Part shown: positions 50,063 to 58,721 of the stretch, one piece after another
Position numbering within the stretch: position 1 is the first letter of the stretch
How the letters are laid out: every line of letters begins with the position of its first letter
Origin: Candidatus Woesearchaeota archaeon
Lineage (GTDB): Archaea; Nanobdellota; Nanobdellia; Woesearchaeales; JAGVYF01
Direction: 5' to 3'
Assembly: GCA_041650315.1 (NCBI GenBank)
Contig: JBAZLJ010000001.1
Coordinates: 280,259-344,258 of the forward strand
DNA: 64,000 nt
Translations under genes and position numbers: made by a program
Notes under the pieces: generated by a model
Seen by the model: the letters and a program-made list of their open reading frames with translations, nothing else
Told to the model about the DNA's origin: nothing
The model's database searches: none

Positions 50063-50179
50063 TTTGACATCACCTTGTGTGTTTAGTTATTATTTTGTAT
50101 TGTTATAGAACTATCACCTGATAGATGGTTTTTCTGGCGAGTTGTATTTAAAGGTTATGGTAGGAAAGGCCAAATTTTA

Positions 50180-50821
50180 TTAGAGGAGATGGATATTTGC
50201 TTCTCTATGGATAATCTCTACCATTTCAGTCAGATTTCTGGCTTCATAATCCGGTCTTATCTGCGTCTTCTGTCTCCAATTCATGAAAATAGTTCTGGCA
50301 CCCATAGCTTTGCCTGTAGCTATATCATCAGGCGCATCTCCTATGAACCATTTCTCTTGTCCCGGTTGATATCTTCCATTAATCATTTTTAATCCTCTGT
50401 ATGGATCCGGTTTGTTCGGGTCGCGGAGATTGTTACAAGAAATATCTGTGAAATGCTTTGCTAGATCAAATGTATCTATCTCAGCTTTGGCTTGATCTTC
50501 AGGAGTGTTAGTGAAAAGATAGAGATTCGCAATTTTTTCTAATGCACTTAAAGCTTCGTGTGTGTCAGGAAATAATCTTATCTTTCCTTCTTTGATGGCT
50601 TGGCTTCTTTCTTTTAATCCATTGTGCTTGTTATATTCATGCCAGAATCTTTGCGGATCAATCGGGAAGTTCATCAAATAATTTCTACCTTTCATGAAAT
50701 CTTCTTTAGTAACATCTATGCCAAATCTTTTGTAATTCTCTATACCTGATGGGATGTAGTATCCTTCCCAGATATCCACTAAAGTGTCATCAAGATCGAA
50801 AAATATGTAGAGGTCTTTCAT
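50180..50821 (-). CDS. HAD-family hydrolase
   Basis: FDLDDTL, FTN, KPDP, IGD...DI. Confidence 0.9.
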   Translation of the reverse strand: MKDLYIFFDLDDTLVDIWEGYYIPSGIENYKRFGIDVTKEDFMKGRNYLMNFPIDPQRFWHEYNKHNGLKERSQAIKEGKIRLFPDTHEALSALEKIANLYLFTNTPEDQAKAEIDTFDLAKHFTDISCNNLRDPNKPDPYRGLKMINGRYQPGQEKWFIGDAPDDIATGKAMGARTIFMNWRQKTQIRPDYEARNLTEMVEIIHREANIHLL

Positions 50822-50884
50822 GGGCAAAGAGATTTACTTGGTTTTTATAAAGCTAACTTCGGATTTTTCATTAAATTCTCTATC

Positions 50885-51026
50885 GGGCGCGTCCAGAATT
50901 CTCGTTTCACTCGATCAATGCCATCTCACATCTACTTCTTTTCATCTATCTTCAGAATGGATTCTGCTAATTATCTGTACATGTAGTATGTTCAGTATAG
51001 GCATTGGTACCATTCTGGACATACTC
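50885..51026. mobile_element. MITE-like element E2 (module-free homolog of E1)
   Basis: Degenerate TIR GGGCGCGTCCAGAAT / ATTCTGGACATACTC; flanks TTCTCTATC (50876-50884) and TTCTCTACC (51027-51035); core about 70/84 identical to 246-329. Confidence 0.75.
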
Positions 51027-51066
51027 TTCTCTACCCAAACCTTTATAAATAACCTGTTGAAGCTAT

Positions 51067-51174
51067 ATGTTTAACAATATAACTCAATTCTTAGGTGAAA
51101 TCACTGCCAAGAGAGCTCTATATTGTGTATTCACATTTATTTTGTATATTATAGGGGAAAATAAGGAGAAATGA
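51067..51174 (+). CDS. Possible 35-aa leader ORF coupled to lhr
   Basis: ATG about 26 nt after CTTTATAAA; stop overlaps lhr ATG (ATGA); also folds as a hairpin. Confidence 0.35.
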   Translation: MFNNITQFLGEITAKRALYCVFTFILYIIGENKEK

Positions 51175-53780
51175 CTGAAATCATAACTTTCAAGGAAAAG
51201 CCGAACACTTCTGCTGAGATTGAGAAAGTGCTGAATCCGTTAGTTAAAAAATGGTTCTTCTCGAAATTCAAGGAATTCTCGCTTCCTCAGCTGCATGGCG
51301 TTCTTGAGATACATTCACGTAACAATGTTTTAGTATCTGCTCCTACTGGCGCGACTAAAACACTTACTGGTTTTCTTTCTGTACTGAATAGCCTTATTGA
51401 TTGCGATGAAAAAGGCATTCTGCAGGACAAAGTATATTGCATCTATATTTCGCCTTTGAAGGCTTTATCTAATGATATTGAAAAGAACTTGCTTGAGCCA
51501 CTTGCTGAAATGTCTAAGCTTGCGGGCAAGGAATTGCCTATCCGTGTCGCGACACGTACAGGAGACACAACTGCTTCCGAACGTACCAAGATGATGAAGC
51601 ATACTCCGCATATTCTGATTACTACGCCAGAGTCACTTGCTATTTTGCTTTCTAGTCCGAATTTCAGGGACAAATTGAATAATGTGGATTGGTGCATCAT
51701 CGATGAGGTTCACGCACTTGCAGAGAATAAAAGAGGCGTGCATCTTGCGCTTTCTATGGAAAGATTGCAGAAGCTGAGTCCTGGTATGTGCAGGGTTGGA
51801 CTTAGCGCGACAGTCTCGCCGCTTGATGAAGTCGCAAAGTTTCTTGTTGGCGTGAAACGTCCTTGCAAGATAATCGATGTACAATTCATCAAAGAACTGG
51901 ATTTGCAGGTATTGAGTCCTGTGCCAGATTTAATTAATATCAATTATGAGACTTTGAACAAAAAAACTTACGAGCTTATCGATAAACTTATTCAGGAGCA
52001 TAAGACGACACTTGTCTTTACCAATACCAGAGCCGGCACTGAAAGAGTTGTCCATCATCTGAAAACTAATTTCCCTAAGAAATATTGCGAGATCGAAGAA
52101 GGTGATCCTACTAAGATGTCGAGCTTAATTGGTGCGCATCATGGTTCATTATCTAAAGAGCATAGATTGAATATTGAGAATAGTCTGCGTGACGGAAAGT
52201 TGAAAGCAGTTGTCTGCTCGACTTCACTTGAACTCGGCATTGATATCGGTTATATCGATTTAGTTATTCTATTAGGTTCGCCTAAATCTGTGGCGCGCGG
52301 ATTGCAGCGTGTCGGTAGAAGTGGGCACCAATTGCATTCTGTGACAAAAGGCAGAATCATTGTCATGGACCGCGACGATCTTGTCGAATGCTCTGTGCTA
52401 TTGAAAAATGCTATTGAGAAGAAAATTGACAGAATACATATACCAACCAATTGCCTTGACGTACTCGCGCAACAAGTTTTCGGCATATCCCTTGACGGCG
52501 TTGTCGAGGTGCGTGATGTGTATAAGATGGTCAAGCAATCTTATTGCTACGAGAATCTTTCAATGGATGAGTTCATTGAAGTCGTTGAATATCTGGCGGG
52601 TAAGTTTATCTCTTTGGAGGATAGGCACGTTTATGCCAAGATATGGTACGAAGACGGAAAGATGGGCAAGCGCGGAAAGCTCGCTAAAGTCTTGTACATG
52701 ACAAACGTCGGTACAATCCCAGATTCATCAGGTATGATTGTCAAAGTAGGCACTTCTGTCATTGGAACAATCGATGAAAGTTTCCTTGAGAGATTGAAGC
52801 CGGGAGATATTTTTGTTTTAGGCGGAGATACTTATCAGTACAAGCATTCGAAAGGGATGGTCGTTCAGGTAGTCGCCGCTGTGGGCAAGAAACCGACTGT
52901 GCCTTCATGGTCTTCAGAGATGCTACCATTGTCTTTTGATCTTGCAGTTGATATCGAGAGGTTCAGATGGCTAATGCAAGATAAATTCAACAGCAAGCTG
53001 AAGAAGTTCGAGATAATCAAGTTCATCAATGAATATCTGTATGTTGATGATATTGCGGCTGAAGCAATCTATAATTATATGAGAGACCAATATGAATTCA
53101 TAGGCATACCTAATTTGCGTTGGATATTCGTAGAGCATTATAATGAAGGCGATAAAAGATTCAGTCTGTTCCATTCTTTATTCGGAAGGCGTGTGAATGA
53201 CGTTTTAGCTCGCGCTGTCGCTTTTGCAATTTCGCGCACACAGCATCGTGATGTCGAGATTGGCGTGACTGATAACGGATTTTATGTTGCTTCTGACAAG
53301 CCGATAAATGCTTTGAAAGCGTTTGAGATGCTGAAAGCGAAAGATTTGCGTAAGATAATGGATCTTGCTATCGATAATACTGAAGTTTTACGTCGTCGTT
53401 TCAGGCACTGCGCAGGACGTTCGCTGATGATATTGCGCAATTATATGGGGCATAAGAAGATGGTTGGTAGACAACAGGTTAGTTCAATGATATTATTGGC
53501 GGCTGTCAAACGTATATCCGAGAATTTCTCAATCCTGAAAGAAGCTAGACGTGAAGTCCTTGAAGATCAGATGGATGTCGCGAATGCTGGCGTTGTCCTG
53601 CAGATGATTGAGGATAAGAAATTGAAGATTACCGAGCATACCACTAAGATTCCGTCTCCTTTTGCGTTTAACTTAGTATTGCATGGCTATTCAGACTTGT
53701 ATAAGATAGATGACAAGCTCGAGTTCTTGCGTAAGATGCACGGACTTGTTCAGGCGAAGATTGGATTGAATAAGTTTTAA
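51171..53780 (+). CDS. lhr: Lhr-family ATP-dependent helicase
   Basis: APTGATKT, ITTPESL, DEVH, LSAT, HHGSLS, SLELGID, QRVGRSGH. Confidence 0.95.
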   Translation: MTEIITFKEKPNTSAEIEKVLNPLVKKWFFSKFKEFSLPQLHGVLEIHSRNNVLVSAPTGATKTLTGFLSVLNSLIDCDEKGILQDKVYCIYISPLKALSNDIEKNLLEPLAEMSKLAGKELPIRVATRTGDTTASERTKMMKHTPHILITTPESLAILLSSPNFRDKLNNVDWCIIDEVHALAENKRGVHLALSMERLQKLSPGMCRVGLSATVSPLDEVAKFLVGVKRPCKIIDVQFIKELDLQVLSPVPDLININYETLNKKTYELIDKLIQEHKTTLVFTNTRAGTERVVHHLKTNFPKKYCEIEEGDPTKMSSLIGAHHGSLSKEHRLNIENSLRDGKLKAVVCSTSLELGIDIGYIDLVILLGSPKSVARGLQRVGRSGHQLHSVTKGRIIVMDRDDLVECSVLLKNAIEKKIDRIHIPTNCLDVLAQQVFGISLDGVVEVRDVYKMVKQSYCYENLSMDEFIEVVEYLAGKFISLEDRHVYAKIWYEDGKMGKRGKLAKVLYMTNVGTIPDSSGMIVKVGTSVIGTIDESFLERLKPGDIFVLGGDTYQYKHSKGMVVQVVAAVGKKPTVPSWSSEMLPLSFDLAVDIERFRWLMQDKFNSKLKKFEIIKFINEYLYVDDIAAEAIYNYMRDQYEFIGIPNLRWIFVEHYNEGDKRFSLFHSLFGRRVNDVLARAVAFAISRTQHRDVEIGVTDNGFYVASDKPINALKAFEMLKAKDLRKIMDLAIDNTEVLRRRFRHCAGRSLMILRNYMGHKKMVGRQQVSSMILLAAVKRISENFSILKEARREVLEDQMDVANAGVVLQMIEDKKLKITEHTTKIPSPFAFNLVLHGYSDLYKIDDKLEFLRKMHGLVQAKIGLNKF

Positions 53781-53806
53781 ATAGTTCTTACTTATATTCT
53801 TTTTTA

Positions 53807-54511
53807 ATGAAAAAAACAGTGATGGGATTAGCTTTAGCAGCAGTGCTTTCTTTAGGTTATGGTGATTCTTCTTCTGCTAAGGATAAAACCATTGATAAGC
53901 CAGTACCGATAGAATGCGTTCGTGGGAATGATAAAGTTTATTTCAAGTCTCAGGAAGAAGGTGAGAAAGATCTAGCGGCTCAAGTCTTATCTTCTAAAGT
54001 GGAAGATTCTTGGTTTTATTGGAATGGGGTATGGGCAGATGTTGGCACCAATGAACTTCCTAAAGAGGTATCAGTAAATCCTGATTTAGAGGATTTGATG
54101 AATAATAAGTTCAAAGGAATAAAGGCAGGCGATGTTATTTATGATTATCATATACATCCTTTTTCAGGGTTTACAAAAGAAGGTAAGAAAAAAATTCCTT
54201 TGATGTCTTTAGCGGATTTATTACTGCATTCTACGATGAGGAAAAAGTTGGAGCCTTATGGCGTTATCTTGAAGTCTAGAATAGTCGATGAATTCGGCGT
54301 CACTGAATATTCGCTTCATGATGAATTGTACAGCAGGATGCATACTGGTGATAAAACCGGAATCAAGGATATCCTCAGTGAAAATATTCTATTAAAAGTT
54401 CTTTCCGGATTCAGCACAGGCATAGATTTGCGTGACGCGTATTACTACGGATTGATTATGAAAGGCGTGAAGATAGACATACGTTCTTTCAAAGGACAGA
54501 AGTTCTATTGA
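53807..54511 (+). CDS. Secreted protein with JAB/MPN-like HxH...SxxD motif
   Basis: Signal peptide; E in VEDSW, YHIHP, SLAD. Confidence 0.6.
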   Translation: MKKTVMGLALAAVLSLGYGDSSSAKDKTIDKPVPIECVRGNDKVYFKSQEEGEKDLAAQVLSSKVEDSWFYWNGVWADVGTNELPKEVSVNPDLEDLMNNKFKGIKAGDVIYDYHIHPFSGFTKEGKKKIPLMSLADLLLHSTMRKKLEPYGVILKSRIVDEFGVTEYSLHDELYSRMHTGDKTGIKDILSENILLKVLSGFSTGIDLRDAYYYGLIMKGVKIDIRSFKGQKFY

Positions 54512-54556
54512 ATGTTCTGAGCAAAGTATATAAATCTTGGAATTAGTATTTATTCT

Positions 54557-55393
54557 ATGATTGAACCATTCTTGGCGATAGTTGGAGGCGCTTCTGCTGT
54601 GTTGTTTAGCCGTCAAGTGCTTTCTACTTACAAGCTCGGTTTCAAAGAGTATCTGTCTCTTGCGTTCTGGATGAACTGCCTTATCATGCTCCCTTTCCTG
54701 TACTGGATGAATAATTTCTCTCTCGTGATGCTTTTTAAGATGCCTGTGCTGTATATGGCTGGATTGATATTGACGGCGTGCATCTACAATTTCTTTTATT
54801 TCAAAGGATTCGCGCATGAACGCCTTAGTGAAGTTCAATCATTGATGCTACTTATCCCTCTGTTCGCTACGGGTTTCGCTTATGCTTTTTACCCGGTTGA
54901 AAGACATATTGTGCCTGTAGTGATGGCTATTGTTGCTACGCTTTTCTTGGTATGGGCGCATGTGTCGCATGGACATGTGAAATTCACCAAAAATTCTATT
55001 TATGTGCTTATTGCAGTCATCTTTTTTGGTCTTGAATATGTGTTCATGAAGAAACTGCTTGAAGTGTATAATCCGTTCACTCTTTATTTTGTTCGTTGTT
55101 TCATAATTGGAGTTATTTTCTTTTTCATGTGGGGCGTAAGGTATTCTTCAGTGAAGCCGAAGGCCTGGAAGTATTTGGTTGCGGCACAAGTAAGTTATGT
55201 AATTCAGTTCATTGCCGTATTTTGGAGCGTTGAGAAGAATGGGATTGTGCTGACTAATGTTGTATTGAATCTAATTCCTGTGCTGGTGTTCACGTATTCG
55301 TATTTCCATTACAGAGATCATCCCGGCTGGAAGAAGATGCTTGCTGGTTTTGTCATATTGATTTGCATTGTTATAGCTCAGCTTTATAGGTAG
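54557..55393 (+). CDS. DMT/EamA-family transporter
   Basis: About 10 TM in two repeats. Confidence 0.8.
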   Translation: MIEPFLAIVGGASAVLFSRQVLSTYKLGFKEYLSLAFWMNCLIMLPFLYWMNNFSLVMLFKMPVLYMAGLILTACIYNFFYFKGFAHERLSEVQSLMLLIPLFATGFAYAFYPVERHIVPVVMAIVATLFLVWAHVSHGHVKFTKNSIYVLIAVIFFGLEYVFMKKLLEVYNPFTLYFVRCFIIGVIFFFMWGVRYSSVKPKAWKYLVAAQVSYVIQFIAVFWSVEKNGIVLTNVVLNLIPVLVFTYSYFHYRDHPGWKKMLAGFVILICIVIAQLYR

Positions 55394-55425
55394 ATTTTTA
55401 TAGTTTTTTTCATTTGTTGTTTTCT

Positions 55426-56136
55426 ATGGAATTGATTAAAGGAATCAAGGTTGTTGATCTGGCGCTTGTTATCGGTAAGACTTTAGTTCTAGGGGACGTG
55501 CATATCGGATACGAAGAAGCGCTGAATAAGCAGGGCGTTCTTATCCCTAGATTCCAGTACGCTGATATCGTCAATCGGATTGAATCAATCCTTGGTTCTG
55601 GCACATTCGATACCATTGTGATAAACGGCGATCTGAAGCATGAGTTCGGAGTGATAAGCAGGACTGAATGGAAGCAGACTCTTGACATCCTGCAATTGCT
55701 TGAGACTCACTGCAAGAAAATAGTTTTAGTGCGCGGGAATCATGATAAAATATTGGAGCCGATTGCTAGGGTGAAGAATCTAACTATTGTGGATGAGTAT
55801 GTTGTTTCCGGCGTTTATATTTGTCATGGGCATAAGATTCCAACCACTTCTGCATTCAAGAAAGCTAAGGTTGTCGTTATAGGTCATGAGCATCCTGCAG
55901 TGAATCTGGACAGCGGAGTGCGTGTTGAGAAGTATAAATGCTATCTTTTGGGAACTTATCGCGCGAAGAAATTAATTGTCATGCCGTCCTTTAATCTAGT
56001 CGGCGAAGGGACTGATGTGTTGAAGGATAGATTGCTTTCGCCTTTCTTGAAGGATATAAATTCTTTTAAAGTGTATGTGGTTGGAGATAAGATATACGAT
56101 TTCGGTAAAGTCTCTAAGCTTCGTACAAAATGGTAG
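55426..56136 (+). CDS. Metallophosphoesterase (Lhr-associated type)
   Basis: DVHIG, NGDLKH, GNHD, HGH, GHEHP, MPSFN. Confidence 0.92.
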   Translation: MELIKGIKVVDLALVIGKTLVLGDVHIGYEEALNKQGVLIPRFQYADIVNRIESILGSGTFDTIVINGDLKHEFGVISRTEWKQTLDILQLLETHCKKIVLVRGNHDKILEPIARVKNLTIVDEYVVSGVYICHGHKIPTTSAFKKAKVVVIGHEHPAVNLDSGVRVEKYKCYLLGTYRAKKLIVMPSFNLVGEGTDVLKDRLLSPFLKDINSFKVYVVGDKIYDFGKVSKLRTKW

Positions 56137-56594
56137 ACCATTCTAAGATCAGGCGGATAATAAATCGGCATGATTATTCAGGCAAGATTGTTCTTGATCT
56201 AGGCTGCGGTCCTGGATTTGGGCTTGAGGCGCTCGTCAAGCATTCTCCTAAGCAGATAATCGCTCTTGATATGTTGGATTCTGTATTGCTGAAAGCTCGG
56301 TTGCGTGTTTCTGCGGATTATGTGCGCGGAACTTTCGAAGAGATTCCTTTGCGTAATGATTCTGTTCATATAGCACTTTCTACCTACGCTAACTTTCTTG
56401 ACGGAGATGTTAGATTGCGATGCTCTGAAGTCTATCGCGTGTTGCGTCCCGGCGGAGAATTGACTATTTTATGCACTAAGCCCTATCATTTCAATCTCGA
56501 TAATGATTGGATCTATTCTTTGTATTCTGAGAAGTTCAGTTATGTGCATATGACTGACCAGAAGCATCTTGTGACATTAATCGCTAAAAAATAA
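56130..56594 (+). CDS. Class I SAM-dependent methyltransferase
   Basis: LDLGCGPG, EVYRVLRPGG. Confidence 0.85.
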   Translation: MVDHSKIRRIINRHDYSGKIVLDLGCGPGFGLEALVKHSPKQIIALDMLDSVLLKARLRVSADYVRGTFEEIPLRNDSVHIALSTYANFLDGDVRLRCSEVYRVLRPGGELTILCTKPYHFNLDNDWIYSLYSEKFSYVHMTDQKHLVTLIAKK

Positions 56595-56645
56595 ATCTTG
56601 TTTTTTTCAGCAAACTTTATAAACGGAGTTTTTTCCTTTAGATTC

Positions 56646-57464
56646 ATGCAAAAACTCAGCGTCAGAGATTTTGATTTGGGCTTGACATTAGAGTCTGGCC
56701 AGTTCTTCAGATACAAGAAGTTCGCAGGAATGTATTACGTTAATTCGGCGGACAAAGTATTTGTCGTAGGGCAGAACGAAGGTAAATTGATTTATGACGG
56801 CGTTGATAAAAAATTCATTTCCAATTTCTTCGGTCTCAATGATGATTATTCTGGAATAGTTAAAGCAATATCTAAAGATTCTGTAATGAAGAAGCTTACT
56901 GCTAAGTATCCTGGACTTCGTTTGATACGTCAGGATCCATGGGAGTGCATGATGTCATACGTCTGTTCGTCCGCTTCTAATATTCCAAAGATTCAGAAGA
57001 ACGTCAATCTTCTTTCACAATCATTCGGTTCACCTGTGCGCGTCGCTGGTTATGCGTCGCATTCATTCCCAGAAGTGGGCGATATTGACCATTTGCCGAC
57101 TATTAAGGAATGCAAGACTGGCTTTAGGGCTAACTATATTTATGAATTGAATAAAATGATAACTCCTACTCAAGTCGCACATCTGCAGAACATGGATTAC
57201 GGCGAGGCTGTTAATGTATTGACGCAATTGCCGGGCATCGGTCCGAAAGTCGCAGATTGCATCGCATTATTCTCACTCGGTCATACAAACGCATTCCCTG
57301 TGGACACGCATATCCGTCAAGTGATGAGACATTGTTATCCTCAGCTGAAGAATGTGGCTGATTCTGAAATTAAATCTTTTGCGCAAGATCATTTCGATCC
57401 TTACGCGGGCTATGCTGAATTGTTCTTGTTTGAGTATGGGCGGAAAGAGCTTAATAAGAACTGA
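56646..57464 (+). CDS. 8-oxoguanine DNA glycosylase (OGG1-type, HhH-GPD)
   Basis: TLESGQFFR, GLRLIRQDPWE, LPGIGPKVADC, FPVDTH, YAGYA. Confidence 0.92.
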   Translation: MQKLSVRDFDLGLTLESGQFFRYKKFAGMYYVNSADKVFVVGQNEGKLIYDGVDKKFISNFFGLNDDYSGIVKAISKDSVMKKLTAKYPGLRLIRQDPWECMMSYVCSSASNIPKIQKNVNLLSQSFGSPVRVAGYASHSFPEVGDIDHLPTIKECKTGFRANYIYELNKMITPTQVAHLQNMDYGEAVNVLTQLPGIGPKVADCIALFSLGHTNAFPVDTHIRQVMRHCYPQLKNVADSEIKSFAQDHFDPYAGYAELFLFEYGRKELNKN

Positions 57465-57466
57465 TT

Positions 57467-57676
57467 CTATTCATTCTTATCATTAATTACAAATACGACT
57501 ACATTCTTCCCGATATATCTTTTTAGGAAAGGTATTACTGCGCCATTTCCACTTTTCTTGACTGATAATGATTCTCCTTTAGCATCAGTTGTGAACATTC
57601 CTAGTGCATGGTCTATCCTAATCTTGCTGCTCATCAAAACATCTAGATTGTATCCTTGAGTTATTTTTTCTTTCAT
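57467..57676 (-). CDS. DUF2080-like (swapped-hairpin/AbrB-like) small protein
   Basis: VKKSGNGAVIPFLKRYIGKNVVVFVI; AGGAGGT SD. Confidence 0.7.
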   Translation of the reverse strand: MKEKITQGYNLDVLMSSKIRIDHALGMFTTDAKGESLSVKKSGNGAVIPFLKRYIGKNVVVFVINDKNE

Positions 57677-57695
57677 TTTAACCTCCTTTTATGAT

Positions 57696-57989
57696 TTATC
57701 TCATCTTAAAGTCGACATCGTATTCCACTTCATACAATATTTCTTTCTGAACAAGCTTGATCTTCAACTCATCCATGCAGTCGAATAAGTCTTTGAATAC
57801 TAAATTCAGGACCATAATCACTGCTTCAATAGATTCCTCAACTTGTCCTTCATAATAGCCTGTCTTTTTGGAAAGAGTGAAACCCTTCCAGTATTTCTTA
57901 AGTACATCGACAATCTTTTGCTTGTATTCGTCATCTATAACTTTAGTCTTATTGTCTGCGCCTATGTAGAGTCTTATCTTTATCCCCAT
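57696..57989 (-). CDS. Small DUF3574/PII-like-fold protein
   Basis: RLYIG, GFTL...GYYEG..EES, LVQKEILY; GGGGTGA SD. Confidence 0.6.
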   Translation of the reverse strand: MGIKIRLYIGADNKTKVIDDEYKQKIVDVLKKYWKGFTLSKKTGYYEGQVEESIEAVIMVLNLVFKDLFDCMDELKIKLVQKEILYEVEYDVDFKMR

Positions 57990-58030
57990 TAAATCACCCC
58001 TTAGTGTTAATGGGAATTTTTACTTATTTA

Positions 58031-58052
58031 TATGTATATACATAGTCTAGAC
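58031..58052. promoter_or_regulatory. Palindromic putative operator upstream of the two-gene cassette
   Basis: Perfect 14-bp palindrome TATGTATATACATA adjacent to GTCTAGAC. Confidence 0.4.
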
Positions 58053-58090
58053 ATTAGAATATATAAAGATTATGTTTTGAATGAATATTA

Positions 58091-58714
58091 TTAGAATTCA
58101 ATACCACGTCGTGCATACACACCGTCGTTATATGGGTGCTTCTCTTCGTTCATTACTGTGACTAAATCGGCTGCATCTTTGAGCTGTTGTGGGGCGTTTC
58201 TGCCGGTGAGTATTAGTTCGGTGTTCTCGGGCTTGGTTTGGATTAGTTCAAGCACGTCGTCCAAGGGGATTAATCCTTTTGCTACGCAGTTGTTGATTTC
58301 GTCGAGGAATATAAGATTGTAATCGCCGGATTTGATGATTTCTTTCGCTTTAGAAAACGCGGTTCTGACGAACTCTTTTTCTTCAACGTCTGATGTGAAA
58401 CAGGATCTGCAATCACCGCAGTCTTCTTCAGTACGCACATGGAATCTGTGGAGATACGGCTCATTGAATTCCTTGAGTTTGATCTGCACTTTCTCTTTCA
58501 GGCAAGGCTTTCCGTGCTGTTCTATGTGTATCAAGTCGTTCATGTAGTTCTGGATAGCTACGAACTCGCCAGTGTAATGTCCGCCTTTCAAGAACTGGAT
58601 TATCTTCACTTTCAGGTTCTGGCCCGCTGCTCTAAGCGCCATGCCGAAAGCTGTTGTAGACTTGCCTTTACCATTGCCTGTGTAAATGTGGACCAGACCT
58701 AGATTCTTTGGCAT
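58091..58714 (-). CDS. cobO: Cob(I)alamin adenosyltransferase, CobA/CobO/BtuR type
   Basis: YTGNGKGKSTTAFG, QFLKG, LDEI, LILTGR, KHPY...GIEF. Confidence 0.92.
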   Translation of the reverse strand: MPKNLGLVHIYTGNGKGKSTTAFGMALRAAGQNLKVKIIQFLKGGHYTGEFVAIQNYMNDLIHIEQHGKPCLKEKVQIKLKEFNEPYLHRFHVRTEEDCGDCRSCFTSDVEEKEFVRTAFSKAKEIIKSGDYNLIFLDEINNCVAKGLIPLDDVLELIQTKPENTELILTGRNAPQQLKDAADLVTVMNEEKHPYNDGVYARRGIEF

Positions 58715-58721
58715 TATCTCC

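Noticed and set aside
50820..51074. 84-aa plus-strand ORF
   Set aside because: Runs across a promoter and MITE E2; no SD or recognisable motif
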